Below are positions 9,562 to 19,572 of a stretch of DNA of 64,000 nt, one piece after another. Under the pieces are notes generated by a model. That model did not search any database. It was given only the letters and a program-made list of their open reading frames with translations, and had not been told where the DNA came from. Position 1 is the stretch's first letter. Each line of letters begins with the position of its first letter. This DNA comes from Alphaproteobacteria bacterium (GTDB lineage Bacteria > Pseudomonadota > Alphaproteobacteria > GCA-2731375), in NCBI GenBank assembly GCA_965232515.1, contig CBDDPY010000002.1, positions 4,928,001-4,992,000 on the forward strand, written 5' to 3'. The position numbers and the translations under genes are program-made.

Positions 9562-10977
9562 TTAGCAGCGGCTTGCCGGCGTGTCCCGATGGCCCTCGGC
9601 CAGAGTCCAGACCGGAACGCCGGCTTCCCGACCGCGAAGCGTTTTCACGCCCGCTGACGAGAGGTTGTCGATCAGTGCCGATTCGCCATCGTTTTCCCGC
9701 CGGATCGCGTCGACCAGGCCGCCGCTGACCACCAGCGGGGTCTTCAGCTCCCGCGTCAGCTGTTCCAGCCGGCTGGCGATGTTCACGGTGTCGCCGATAA
9801 CGCTGTGCTCCAGCCGCCGCTCATTGCCGATATCGCCGGCGATGACCGGCCCGTAGTGCAGGCCGATGCCGACGCGCACCGGTTCTTCGCCGGCGGCGAC
9901 GCGCTCGGCGTTCCAGGCGTCGAGCGCCGCGATCATCGCCAGCGCGCAGGAAAGCGCGTTTTGTGCGTCGTGCGGTCCCGGCTCCGGCGTGCCGAACGTC
10001 GCCATCAGGCCGTCGCCCAGATATTTGTCCAGCGTGCCGTGATGGTCGAACACGGCCCGGCCGAGCCGGTTGTGGTATTCGCGCAGCAGCGCGATCACGC
10101 GCCCCGGCGCTTCCCGCTCGCACATGCCCGTGAAATCCACGATGTCGACGAACAGCACGGCGACCCGCTGCTCGCGCGCGGTACCCAAGATGTCGCCGGC
10201 GCCGCTCAGTCGGTCGACCACATTGGGGGAAAAATAGCGGGCGAGGTTGGCGCGGGCGCGTTCGGCAAGTGAGCGGCTCTCGACCAGACGGCGCGAGCGG
10301 CCGACGACGACCGCGAGACCACCGGCCACCAACAGCGTGACGATGACCTCGATGGCCCAATACGGCAGATGCACGTAGTTGAGGTCGGTGGCGGCCGCGA
10401 CGGCGCCGTCGGTGTCCGCGCCCGCCAGATCGAACGTGGTGAACACATCGGGCTGGCTCAGCACCCACAGCAGCATGCCCGACCGCGCCGCCACGATGCA
10501 CAGGCCGCACCACAGGACCAGACGCGGCCGCAGGCTGAAGGTCGACTGCATCAGGAAGACGAAGAAGAACGTAAACGGGCTGCCGTGCATGGCGAACGCC
10601 GGCGGCTCGACAATGTCGGCCCACGGCTTGCCGGCCGAGAACGCGACGGCCAGCAGCGCGCAGTCCGCCGCGACGAAGGCGTATTTCAAGGTCTCCATGT
10701 GGAACCGCTGGCGGGCGCTGACATATTGCAGCAGGCCGAGCAGCATCAACCCACCGATGACGATGAAGCCATAGGCATAGGCCAGCCCGCTGTCGGTGTT
10801 GCCGACGAACTCCCAGAGGAAAATCAACGCCAGCGCGACCGTGCGGGCCTTGGCGGCCAGCATCAGGCCCTGCCGTTCCTCCGCCGCGAACACGCTCTCG
10901 GTGCGCGCAACCAGCCGGGCGCGGACGCCCGGCTCGACAGCCCGCGGGACGGCATTCGGCGCCTGGGCACCTGCCAC
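9562..10977 (-). CDS. Membrane-anchored class III adenylate/guanylate cyclase
   Basis: Several TM helices, then LFVDIVDFT, DKYLGDGLMA, GIGLHYG, VIGDTVNIASRLE. GTG start chosen for AGGAG RBS. Confidence 0.88.
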   Translation of the reverse strand: MAGAQAPNAVPRAVEPGVRARLVARTESVFAAEERQGLMLAAKARTVALALIFLWEFVGNTDSGLAYAYGFIVIGGLMLLGLLQYVSARQRFHMETLKYAFVAADCALLAVAFSAGKPWADIVEPPAFAMHGSPFTFFFVFLMQSTFSLRPRLVLWCGLCIVAARSGMLLWVLSQPDVFTTFDLAGADTDGAVAAATDLNYVHLPYWAIEVIVTLLVAGGLAVVVGRSRRLVESRSLAERARANLARYFSPNVVDRLSGAGDILGTAREQRVAVLFVDIVDFTGMCEREAPGRVIALLREYHNRLGRAVFDHHGTLDKYLGDGLMATFGTPEPGPHDAQNALSCALAMIAALDAWNAERVAAGEEPVRVGIGLHYGPVIAGDIGNERRLEHSVIGDTVNIASRLEQLTRELKTPLVVSGGLVDAIRRENDGESALIDNLSSAGVKTLRGREAGVPVWTLAEGHRDTPASRC

Positions 10978-11159
10978 CTTGGCTTCTCCTGGCTTGATTC
11001 GGTTCGAAGAACCGACTTTTAGAGAAGTGCGCGGGGCGTCACAAGACATCGCCCCCGCATCGGTTCCGGACGTGACGATGCGAAGCGGCCGGCGTGCTTC
11101 CGGTGGCCAACCGTGCGGTCTGCGACGGGCTCAGCGGGTCGGGGCCAATTTATCGAACG

Positions 11160-11777
11160 TTAGGTCGGGCGTTGGCGGCGGGCAACACCCATGCCGGCGA
11201 GCCCCAGACCCAGCAGCAGCAGTGTGCCCGGCTCCGGCACGGCGGTCGCGACGGCCTCGAATCGGACATCGTCGAACGAGAAGTTGAAGCCGTTCGAGCT
11301 GGAGCGAAACTCGACCCGGATGATGTCTTCGGTCGTCTGCACGCCCAGGAAAGCCTGGTTCGAGCTTGTCGTGACCTGCTCGATAAATCCGCCCGCGCCG
11401 AACACATCCATGATGAAGACCTGGCCGCCCGACCCATCGAGGTCCAGGCCGAACCGATTGACCGGTGTCGAGAATTGGACTTCCTGCAGGCCGCCGAGGT
11501 TGAGCATCGCAAAGGCGACGTTCGGCGGGCTGGAGAGTGTCCCGCCAAACGAGTCTTCGATCGTCGTCGTGCCATTGGTGGTCTGGAACGTGGCGCCCAG
11601 GCCGGCGAACTGATTGCCGAGCACGGTATCGTCGGCGAGGCCGTCAAATCCGATGACGGTCTCGCCGCCGGAAAACGCGCCGATGCCGATCGGTACGCTC
11701 CTGGCCGGCGTTGCCGCCATGGCCAGGAACCCACAGGCGACCGCCGCCACCCGCCACCCGCGAACGCTGCCAATCAC
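11160..11777 (-). CDS. PEP-CTERM sorting-domain surface protein
   Basis: Signal peptide; C-terminal VPEPGTLLLLGLGLAGMGVARRQR. Confidence 0.88.
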   Translation of the reverse strand: MIGSVRGWRVAAVACGFLAMAATPARSVPIGIGAFSGGETVIGFDGLADDTVLGNQFAGLGATFQTTNGTTTIEDSFGGTLSSPPNVAFAMLNLGGLQEVQFSTPVNRFGLDLDGSGGQVFIMDVFGAGGFIEQVTTSSNQAFLGVQTTEDIIRVEFRSSSNGFNFSFDDVRFEAVATAVPEPGTLLLLGLGLAGMGVARRQRPT

Positions 11778-12018
11778 TCGAGCTTTCCCTCTCTGACCGT
11801 TCGACGTGCAGCGTTTTTGGATCTAGGCCGGCGCGCGCATCTTTTCGCGAGACGCTTGCCCGGATCGTCTCTACGCTGCGGCCCTCAACGAAAGACGGAT
11901 GACCGATCCAGATGGTTCTCGATTTCGGAATGTTTGCATTGTGCTCATTCCGTGGCGCGAAACGCACCGAATGACACAGCCCAGTCACAGAATGTAATGC
12001 CGGGGCGGGTCCCCTGAA

Positions 12019-12561
12019 CTAAACCGGCGCCAGCGGCATATGCGGCGCCGACGGCAGATCGACGCCAATGGCGTCGCCCGATCGCACGGTGCCGCCGGTC
12101 AGCACGACGCCCATGACGCCCGATTTGCGGATCAGATTGCCGTCGACGTCACGGTCCAGTACGGCCTGCATCAGACCGGACCGGAAGTCGTTCAACTGCT
12201 TGCACGGGTTGCGCAGGCCGGTCACCTCGACCACGGCGCTGTCGCCGAGGCGCAGCGTCGTGCCGGCCGGCAATGCCAGCAGATCCAGTCCGCGAGTCGA
12301 GATGTTCTCGCCCATCTGCCCCGCCGACACATCGAAGCCGTCGGCTCGCAGTGCATCCAGCAGCTCGGTATGGATCAGGTGTACCTGCCGCAGGTTGGGC
12401 TGGCTTGGATCCCGCGCCACGCGGCTGCGGTGCTTGACGGTCTCGCCCAGATGCGCGTCGCTCTCGATCCCCAGCCCGGCGATCAGCGTGATGCTGTCAC
12501 GGACGGGTTTGCTGAACGCGTGCACCGGACTCGAACTGACGGCGACGACGACGGCGCTCAT
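12019..12561 (-). CDS. MOSC domain protein
   Basis: HAFSKP, PNLRQVHLI, GENISTRG, EVTGLRNPCKQL. Confidence 0.88.
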   Translation of the reverse strand: MSAVVVAVSSSPVHAFSKPVRDSITLIAGLGIESDAHLGETVKHRSRVARDPSQPNLRQVHLIHTELLDALRADGFDVSAGQMGENISTRGLDLLALPAGTTLRLGDSAVVEVTGLRNPCKQLNDFRSGLMQAVLDRDVDGNLIRKSGVMGVVLTGGTVRSGDAIGVDLPSAPHMPLAPV

Positions 12562-12681
12562 TGACGTGACCTCCATGTCTGGGATTGCGTTCTAGCACGC
12601 GGCGCACCGGACGCGCATGGACTGTCGGCCGGAAACGTGCGATGTCCGGCAATCGGTCTTGTGGTCGAAGGAACTGTTGTC

Positions 12682-13305
12682 ATGTCGTCAGCGGAAAGCC
12701 ACCTCGTCACCTCGCTCGCCGACCTGGAAGCGCTCTACGGCGCGCCGGCCGAGGCATCCGTGATCAAGGAAACGGCACGCCTGACGCCGGAATATTGCCG
12801 GCTGATCGAGGCGGCACCGTTTTTCGCGTTGGCCACATCAGGACCGGAAGGTCTCGACTGCTCGCCGCGCGGCGACGGGCCCGGTTTCGTCCGCGTGCTC
12901 GACGAGACCCGCCTCGCTATCCCCGACCGGCGCGGCAACAACCGCCTCGACAGCCTGCGCAACATCGTGCGCGATCCGCATGTGGCTTTGCTGTTCCTGA
13001 TTCCCGGCGTCAACGAAACCCTGCGCGTCAACGGCCGCGCCACGATCTCGACGGAACCTGCGCTGCGCGAAAGCTTCGCCATGCAGGACAAGCTGCCGGC
13101 CACCGTGCTGATCGTCACGGTCGATAGCGTCTATTTTCAGTGCGCCCGGGCCTTGCTGCGGTCGCGCCTCTGGCAGGCCGACGCCCAAGTCGACCGCACG
13201 ACGCTGCCGAGCGTCGGCCAGTTGCTGCGCGGCGTCAAAGCGGACTTCGACGCCGAGGCCTACGACGCCGCCATGCCGGGCCGGCACAAGGCGTCGCTTT
13301 ACTGA
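12682..13305 (+). CDS. Pyridoxamine 5'-phosphate oxidase-family FMN-binding protein
   Basis: DCSPRGDGPGFV, IPDRRGNNRLDSLRNI, YFQCARALLRSRLW. Confidence 0.88.
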   Translation: MSSAESHLVTSLADLEALYGAPAEASVIKETARLTPEYCRLIEAAPFFALATSGPEGLDCSPRGDGPGFVRVLDETRLAIPDRRGNNRLDSLRNIVRDPHVALLFLIPGVNETLRVNGRATISTEPALRESFAMQDKLPATVLIVTVDSVYFQCARALLRSRLWQADAQVDRTTLPSVGQLLRGVKADFDAEAYDAAMPGRHKASLY

Positions 13306-13326
13306 CGACAACAGCTTTTGTGGATT

Positions 13327-14037
13327 TCACTCGGCCGCCACGATGAAGCCGTCGTTGCGCATCGACGGCACGGCGGCCAGCGGACCCAAGTTGAACCATT
13401 CGATCAGCACGCGCCTGACGCCCGCGTCGCCCAGCGCCTCCAGCCGTCCCGACGACAGCGCCCGCGGCAACGTCAGGTCGCCGTTATAGATGTAGATCAG
13501 GTCGGGCAGCGTCGCGGCCAGATACAGGTCCACATCATCGCCCGGATCTTCGACGCAGAGCTCGACCGCGCCGTTTTCGTTGACGAACCACCACAGGCGC
13601 TTGTTCGACGGCTGGTCGGTGATCTCCAGCCGCAGCACGGTGCGCTTCGGCCCGAACGCATCGGCCTTGACGCTCCATTCCAACCCCCAGATCAGCAGGC
13701 CCAGGTCGATCTCGCCCGCCTGCAGCTCGCGCCGCGTCCAGCGTTGACCCCAGACGCCGAGCGCGCCCACCAGCGGCACGAATTCCTCGCCCGCCGGCGT
13801 CAGGTGATAGCTCCAGCCGCGGCCTTTCTCGGGCCGGCGGCGCTCGACGATGCCTTCCGCCTCGAGCTGCTTCAGCCGCCGCGACAGCAGTGTCGGCGAC
13901 ATCAGCGGCACGCCGCGATGCACGTCCGTGAAGCGCGACGCGCCGGCCGCCAGATTGCGCACGATCAGCGCGGTCCAGCGCTCGCAGAACAGCTCGGCGG
14001 CCTTGGCGATGGGGCAGAACTGACCATAGCTTTTCAT
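13327..14037 (-). CDS. HxlR-type winged-helix regulator with C-terminal SCP2-like domain
   Basis: YGQFCPIAKAAELFCERWTALIVR, GVPLMSPTLLSRRLKQL; C-terminal ELCVEDPG domain. Confidence 0.88.
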   Translation of the reverse strand: MKSYGQFCPIAKAAELFCERWTALIVRNLAAGASRFTDVHRGVPLMSPTLLSRRLKQLEAEGIVERRRPEKGRGWSYHLTPAGEEFVPLVGALGVWGQRWTRRELQAGEIDLGLLIWGLEWSVKADAFGPKRTVLRLEITDQPSNKRLWWFVNENGAVELCVEDPGDDVDLYLAATLPDLIYIYNGDLTLPRALSSGRLEALGDAGVRRVLIEWFNLGPLAAVPSMRNDGFIVAAE

Positions 14038-14165
14038 CTCGTCTCCCTCCGTCGCCGCAATGATAGCGTCGCAATTGGCGGCATAAACTACACATTCTGG
14101 ACTTACAGGCGTGTGACGGCGTCGGCATCGTGCGGCCGTTAGAAGAGCGTTTGCGGAGGTAGTTC

Positions 14166-14999
14166 ATGTCAGATCATCAGCACGTGGCGGACCACTACAC
14201 CAATGGCGGGCTGCTGGCCGCCATCGAAACCGGCGTCGCCGCGATGGGCAAGACGCCGGACGATATCTCGGTCGACGAACTGGGACCCGTCGACGAATTT
14301 CACATCGGCGGCCGGCAGGCGAGCGAGGATCTGCTGTCGCAGCTTGACCTGACGGCCGCGCATGAAGTGCTCGACATCGGCTGCGGCCTCGGCGGCGGCG
14401 CGCGCCTCGTCGCCAGCCGTTACGGCAGCCGCGTCACCGGCATCGACCTGACGGCCGAGTTCGTCGCCGCCGGCAATGCGCTCAGCGGCTGGGTAGGTTT
14501 GGCCGACCGCGTGACGCTCGACCACGGCAGCGCTTTGGACCTGCCCTACAACGCCGACAGCTTCCATGCCGCCTACATGCTGCACGTCGGCATGAACATC
14601 GCCGACAAGACCGCATTGATGACCGCCGTGCATCGAGCGCTGCGGCCGGGCGGCGTCTTTGCCGTCTACGACATCATGCGAAACGGCGGCGGCGACGTGA
14701 CCTATCCGATGCCGTGGGCGGCTGACGCCGAGACCAGCGCCCTCGCGCCGCCCGACGACTACAAGCAGGCTTTCGAAGCCGCCGGCTTCGAGATTGTCGC
14801 CGAGCGCAACCGCCATGACTTCGCGGTCGCCTTCTTCGAACGGCTGCGCGCCCGCATGGCCGCCGCCGGCAGCCCGCCGCCCCTGGGTCTGCACATCGTC
14901 ATGGGCGGGAACGCGGCCCAGAAGCTCGGCAACATGATCGACGGCGTCGCCGACGGCCGCATCGCCCCGGTCGAGCTGATTGGCCGCAAGGCGGGTTGA
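14166..14999 (+). CDS. Class I SAM-dependent methyltransferase
   Basis: DEFHIGGR, VLDIGCGLGG, GIDLT, HVGMNIADK, LRPGG. Confidence 0.9.
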   Translation: MSDHQHVADHYTNGGLLAAIETGVAAMGKTPDDISVDELGPVDEFHIGGRQASEDLLSQLDLTAAHEVLDIGCGLGGGARLVASRYGSRVTGIDLTAEFVAAGNALSGWVGLADRVTLDHGSALDLPYNADSFHAAYMLHVGMNIADKTALMTAVHRALRPGGVFAVYDIMRNGGGDVTYPMPWAADAETSALAPPDDYKQAFEAAGFEIVAERNRHDFAVAFFERLRARMAAAGSPPPLGLHIVMGGNAAQKLGNMIDGVADGRIAPVELIGRKAG

Positions 15000-15272
15000 G
15001 CGGGCCGGCAAGCGACTGACACCTTGTCTCCGCCCGCTAAATGGCAGCTTTCGGACCTCATCATCGGTGATGCCTCGCGCGCGTGCGCGCGAAAGCCTAT
15101 CTCTATGCCATGACCGTCCATGTGACCTGTAACCGGTCCGACCACGGCGCTATTCTCTGTTCGAGACGGGCGATCCGCGTTCTGCCTGGCTCAACCACCT
15201 CGTCACCATCGGGAAGGGACGTAACTGCGACGACGGCGTGATTTGCGACGTTTTCGCGGTGCGCTGAACACC

Positions 15273-16043
15273 ATGACCCAAGCTCAGAAAGCCCGCGACT
15301 TCACCGACCTCCACGTACCCGGCACGCCCGTGGTGCTCTACAACATCTGGGACGCCGGCGGCGCCAAGGCCATCGTCGAGGCCGGCGCGAAAGCCGTCGC
15401 GACCGGCAGCTGGTCCGTCGCCGCGGCCCACGGCTATCCCGATCGCCAGGCGATTCCGCTGGACCTGGTGTTGCAGATCGTTGCGCGCATCGCCGAGACG
15501 GTGGACGTGCCCGTCACGCTCGATTTCGAAGGCGCCTATGCCGAGGCGCCTGACGAGGTCGCCGCCAACGTCGCCCGCGTGATCGCGGCCGGCGCCATCG
15601 GCATCAACTTCGAGGACCAGGTCGTCGGCGGCGAAGGCCTGCACGCGCCGGATCTGCAGAGCGAACGGATCGCCGCCATTCGCCGGGCCGCCGACGCGGC
15701 CGATATCCCGTTTTTTATCAACGCCCGGACAGACCTGTTCCTGAAGGAACGGGACAGCGCCAAGCAGGCGGGCCTGCTGACGGAAGCGCAGGAACGGGCG
15801 GCGGCCTATGCCGAGGCCGGCGCCAGCGGTTTCTTCGCGCCGGGCCTCGTCGATCCCGAGCTGATCGGCGCGATCTGCCAGGCCGTCACGCTGCCGGTCA
15901 ACGTCATGATGTTGAGCGGCGCGCCCTCCATCGCCGACCTGGCAGGCCTCGGCGTCGCCCGCATCAGCTACGGACCGGGCCCGTATTTCGAGGCCATGAA
16001 AACCCTTGCCAGCCGGTTCACCGAGGTTACCGGCGGCGCATGA
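15273..16043 (+). CDS. Isocitrate lyase/PEP mutase family protein
   Basis: NIWDAGGA, ATGSWSVAAAHGYPD, GINFEDQ, FINARTDLF. Confidence 0.88.
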   Translation: MTQAQKARDFTDLHVPGTPVVLYNIWDAGGAKAIVEAGAKAVATGSWSVAAAHGYPDRQAIPLDLVLQIVARIAETVDVPVTLDFEGAYAEAPDEVAANVARVIAAGAIGINFEDQVVGGEGLHAPDLQSERIAAIRRAADAADIPFFINARTDLFLKERDSAKQAGLLTEAQERAAAYAEAGASGFFAPGLVDPELIGAICQAVTLPVNVMMLSGAPSIADLAGLGVARISYGPGPYFEAMKTLASRFTEVTGGA

Positions 16044-16525
16044 CGTCACGCATCGAGGCACGCCTGCACGAACTCGGGCTCGCGGTTCCCGATCCGCCCA
16101 GGGCGATCGGGAACTTCGTGCCTGGCGTAGTCCACGACGGCATCCTCTACGTCTCCGGCACCTACGGCACCGTCAAGGCGACAGACGGTGCGGACGTGAT
16201 CCCGAAACCGGGCAAGGTCGGCGGCGCGCTGACGGTTGAGGACGGCTACGAGTCGGCGCGCCTCATGCTGTTGAACCATCTGGCGTTGGCGAAGGCGGTG
16301 CTGGGCGACCTCGACCGCATCGAACGGCCAATCCGCCTCGTCGGCTATGTCAACGCGGCGCCCGGTTTCCAGGACGCGCCGTCCGTGCTGAACGGCGCAT
16401 CGGATCTCCTGATCGAAATCTTCGGCAAGGAGCAGGGTTCGCATGCCCGCATGGCGCTCTATCAGCACGAGCTGGCGCGCGACGCGCCCATCGCCGGCGA
16501 GATCAGCTTCGCCGTGACGGCGTGA
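16040..16525 (+). CDS. RidA/YjgF family protein
   Basis: LYVSG, GKVG, VLNGASDLLIEIFG...HAR. ATGA overlap with the upstream gene. Confidence 0.85.
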   Translation: MTSRIEARLHELGLAVPDPPRAIGNFVPGVVHDGILYVSGTYGTVKATDGADVIPKPGKVGGALTVEDGYESARLMLLNHLALAKAVLGDLDRIERPIRLVGYVNAAPGFQDAPSVLNGASDLLIEIFGKEQGSHARMALYQHELARDAPIAGEISFAVTA

Positions 16526-16546
16526 ACCGGCTGCACAGGAACGGAT

Positions 16547-17173
16547 CTAACCGGCCAGTTTGACGAGCCGCTTGATCACGGCCTGGTGCTCCTTGCCGAC
16601 CAATCCGATGTTCTGATGGTAGCGAAAGCCCGACTTCCTGACCTGCGCAGCGTCCAGCGCCTGCCGGGCGTGTGTTCTCGCTTCCGCATCGCCATTCTGG
16701 GCAGCGGCAATCAGTGCCTTTGACGCATGCCAGCGGAACTTATCGACCGGGAACGGCAACTCTTCCGCACCCTTTTCCAAAACCGTCAGGGCAAACGAAT
16801 ACTCCGCCGACAGACTCTGATTGGCGATGAAATAGGGAAGCTCCAAATACGTCGCGGTCTGGTGCTTGGGGAACTCGGCTTCGCGACGCAGGACGTCTTT
16901 GTATGCCTGAACGGTCTCGACGATCTTCTTCTGGGACCGATAAGCTTCAGCCCTTGCCAGCAGTGCTCTGACATCTTCGAAATCCGACGTCTTCGTATCG
17001 AAGTAACGATCGACCAGGCGCAACGTCACGTCCGGCCTTTGGACCGATAGCGTGGTGGCTTGAATGACAAGATATTGATCGCGTTGCGACCGGGTACGCG
17101 AGAGCCTTTCGAAGAACGCCTGCTCGATGCGATCGTTCCACCGTGTCTGTCGATACCAGTCTTCGTCGGCCAC
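16547..17173 (-). CDS. Hypothetical helical (TPR-like) protein, lower GC than its neighbours
   Basis: Clean 208-aa ORF with natural composition (DWYRQTRW...QYLVIQA...SGFRYHQNIGLV). No function recognised. Confidence 0.65.
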   Translation of the reverse strand: MADEDWYRQTRWNDRIEQAFFERLSRTRSQRDQYLVIQATTLSVQRPDVTLRLVDRYFDTKTSDFEDVRALLARAEAYRSQKKIVETVQAYKDVLRREAEFPKHQTATYLELPYFIANQSLSAEYSFALTVLEKGAEELPFPVDKFRWHASKALIAAAQNGDAEARTHARQALDAAQVRKSGFRYHQNIGLVGKEHQAVIKRLVKLAG

Positions 17174-17236
17174 GCGCGTCCACCGTCCGATGTTTGCCGG
17201 TGCCTATCATGCCCGTCTGCCTCAGCGCTAGCTGGA

Positions 17237-18454
17237 TCATGCCTGGGCTTCCTGCAGGCGGTCCGGCGTCCGCGCCGGCAGCAGGGCGGCGCAGACCGTG
17301 GCGACGGCGCCGCCGAGGCCGAGCAGCGCGAAGGCCCAGCCCCAGCCCTGATCGGCCGGCGCGATGTCCAGCACGGCGCCGAACGACGCCGGCGCCACGG
17401 CGCCGAGCCCGATGCCCAGGATCGAGCGGATGCCGAGCGCGCGGCCCAGGTGGTCCGGCGGTACGGTCTCGGTCATGGCCGTCGACAGCACGGCGGAATC
17501 GCCGATCGCCGCGAAGCCGTAGAGCGTCGCGAAGATCAGCAGCAGCGACGGCGCCAGCGCGCCCGACCAGCCGAAGCCGAACGAGCAGATGGCGCCCAGC
17601 GCCGCCACGTAGATCAGCACCACACGCCGGCCCAGCCGGTCCGACGCCTGGCCCATCAGGAACGAGGCGAAGAAGCCGGAGAGATGCAGCGCCAGCGCGA
17701 TGGCGATGCCGAGCCCGATGCCGCCCAGCGCCAGGTTCGCGAACGGCGGCCGGTCGCCGAGACTCAGCATCAGGAAGGCCGGCACCCAGGCCCAGGCGCC
17801 GAACAGCTCCCAGCAATGGCCCATATAGCCGATGGTCAGCAGACGCGAGTTGCGGTCGCGCAGCAGCGAATAGGGGGCCTGGCGTTTCCGCGCTGGCGCG
17901 GCGATGCGGTTCGCGACCCGGCGCGTGGCCGCGACGCCGAAAATCGCGCCCAGCAGCGTGCCCCCTGCGCAGACCAGGAAGGCCGCCTCATAGCCGTGCA
18001 CTGACGTCAGGCCCGTCGAGAGCACGATGGAGATCACATAACCGGCCGACATGCCCGCCAGCATCCAGCCGACCGCGGCGCCGCGCTTCTCCGGCGGCAG
18101 TTCCTGCGAGACCAGCATGATCGCGGGCGTATAGGTGCCGCCCTGCGCCGCGCCGGCGATGGTCGCCAGCACCAGGCCTGTCTCGAACGAGCGCGCGAAG
18201 CCGGCAAACACGAGCGCGGCGCCTGCCGCCAGCCAGGTGAACAGCACGAACATGCGCTTGGCCCCGGCCCGGTCCGACGCCCATGACGTCAGCAGCAGCG
18301 AGACCGCGAAGCCCGCGGAAAAGCCCGTCTGCACCAGCCCGGCCTGCGTCGCCGACATCTGCCAAGCGGTACTCAGCGTCGGTAGGCAGGCCGGATAGGT
18401 CATGAAGATCGCCGTCGTGAAGACGCGGCTGAAGAACAGGGCGGTGAGGGACAT
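17237..18454 (-). CDS. MFS transporter
   Basis: About 12 TM helices; SDRAGAKR and SDRLGRR MFS loop motifs; GYMGHCWELFG. Confidence 0.88.
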   Translation of the reverse strand: MSLTALFFSRVFTTAIFMTYPACLPTLSTAWQMSATQAGLVQTGFSAGFAVSLLLTSWASDRAGAKRMFVLFTWLAAGAALVFAGFARSFETGLVLATIAGAAQGGTYTPAIMLVSQELPPEKRGAAVGWMLAGMSAGYVISIVLSTGLTSVHGYEAAFLVCAGGTLLGAIFGVAATRRVANRIAAPARKRQAPYSLLRDRNSRLLTIGYMGHCWELFGAWAWVPAFLMLSLGDRPPFANLALGGIGLGIAIALALHLSGFFASFLMGQASDRLGRRVVLIYVAALGAICSFGFGWSGALAPSLLLIFATLYGFAAIGDSAVLSTAMTETVPPDHLGRALGIRSILGIGLGAVAPASFGAVLDIAPADQGWGWAFALLGLGGAVATVCAALLPARTPDRLQEAQA

Positions 18455-18534
18455 CGTTTCGGCCACCTTGGTTCGGCGGCGGGGTGCGTCTGGCCGCGCG
18501 GGTCGGGATACAAATTTTCCGAGAACGCCGATTT

Positions 18535-18600
18535 CGACTATATAAAAATCACATAATATCAATTATCTATAATGATCAGGCATGATTTGCAATATTCGGA
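18535..18600. promoter_or_regulatory. AT-rich divergent MFS/LysR promoter region with T-N11-A-like sites
   Basis: CTATATAAAAATCACATAATATCAATTATCTATAATGAT between divergent MFS and LysR genes. Confidence 0.5.
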
Positions 18601-18621
18601 ACCAACCCCTCGGACGCTGAC

Positions 18622-19500
18622 GTGCTGGACCTGACCCAGGTGCGGGCCTTCCTGGCCGTGGTCGAGCACGGCGGCTTCAGCCGGGCGGCGGCCGCGCTCG
18701 AGACGACCCAGCCCGTGGTCTCGCAGCAGGTCCGCAAGTTGGAGACGGCGGTCGGCGCGCGCCTGCTCGCGCGCAGCCACGCGCGGACTGTGCCAACGGA
18801 GGACGGCCACCGCTTTCTGCCGCACGCGCGAGCGTTGCTGCGGGCGGAACAGCGGGCGAGGGACAGCGTCGCCGGCGCCGCGTTGACGGTCGCCGCCTCG
18901 ACCAATATCGGCGCTTACCTGTTGCCGCCGCTGATCGAAGCTTATGCGCGCCGAACAGCCGGCCCACCTCCGGAAATGCTTCTGGGTACCAACCCGGAAA
19001 CCGTCGACCGGCTCGAAAGCGGAACCGCCGACCTGGCGTTGATGGAGTGGTGGGACGACCGGCCGGGCTTCGCGGCGCGCCATTGGCGCACCGAGCCGCT
19101 GATCGTCATCGTCGACCCGGCGCACCCCTGGGCCGCAAGAGACGAAGTCGCACAGGCCGAGCTGTTCGATGCCCCGCTGATCGGCGGCGAGCCCGGCACC
19201 GGCACCGGGCAACGCCTGCGGCAGGTCTTCGGGGCCTCGGCGTCGCGGCTGCGGACCGCGCTGACGGTCGGCAGCACGGCCGCCGTCAAGGAAGCCGTGA
19301 AGGCCGGTCTCGGCATCTCGATCGTCATGGCGGCGTCGGCGGCCGAGGAACTGCGCCACGGCACCCTGCACGGCCTGCGGATCGCCGATGCGGCCCTGGC
19401 CAAGGACCTCTTCGCAATTCTGCCCGTCGACCTGCCGGAAACGGCCCCCGCCGTTCGCTTCGACCGGTTTCTGGCCGAGGCCGCGCCTTCCGCGGCCTGA
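18622..19500 (+). CDS. LysR family regulator (CysL/CbbR-like)
   Basis: FSRAAAALETTQPVVSQQVRKLE HTH; GSTAAVKEAVKAGLGISI. Confidence 0.9.
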   Translation: MLDLTQVRAFLAVVEHGGFSRAAAALETTQPVVSQQVRKLETAVGARLLARSHARTVPTEDGHRFLPHARALLRAEQRARDSVAGAALTVAASTNIGAYLLPPLIEAYARRTAGPPPEMLLGTNPETVDRLESGTADLALMEWWDDRPGFAARHWRTEPLIVIVDPAHPWAARDEVAQAELFDAPLIGGEPGTGTGQRLRQVFGASASRLRTALTVGSTAAVKEAVKAGLGISIVMAASAAEELRHGTLHGLRIADAALAKDLFAILPVDLPETAPAVRFDRFLAEAAPSAA

Positions 19501-19572
19501 TATCCAGATCTGCCGTGATCTCGGCGCGGGATTGCCGTCCGAAAAACCGCCGGGCTTTGCTATAAGGCTCGG

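Noticed and set aside
15000-15270. Long intergenic region as a possible ncRNA
   Set aside because: Only a short GC dyad (TCGCGCGCGTGCGCGCGA) and no recognisable RNA family features.
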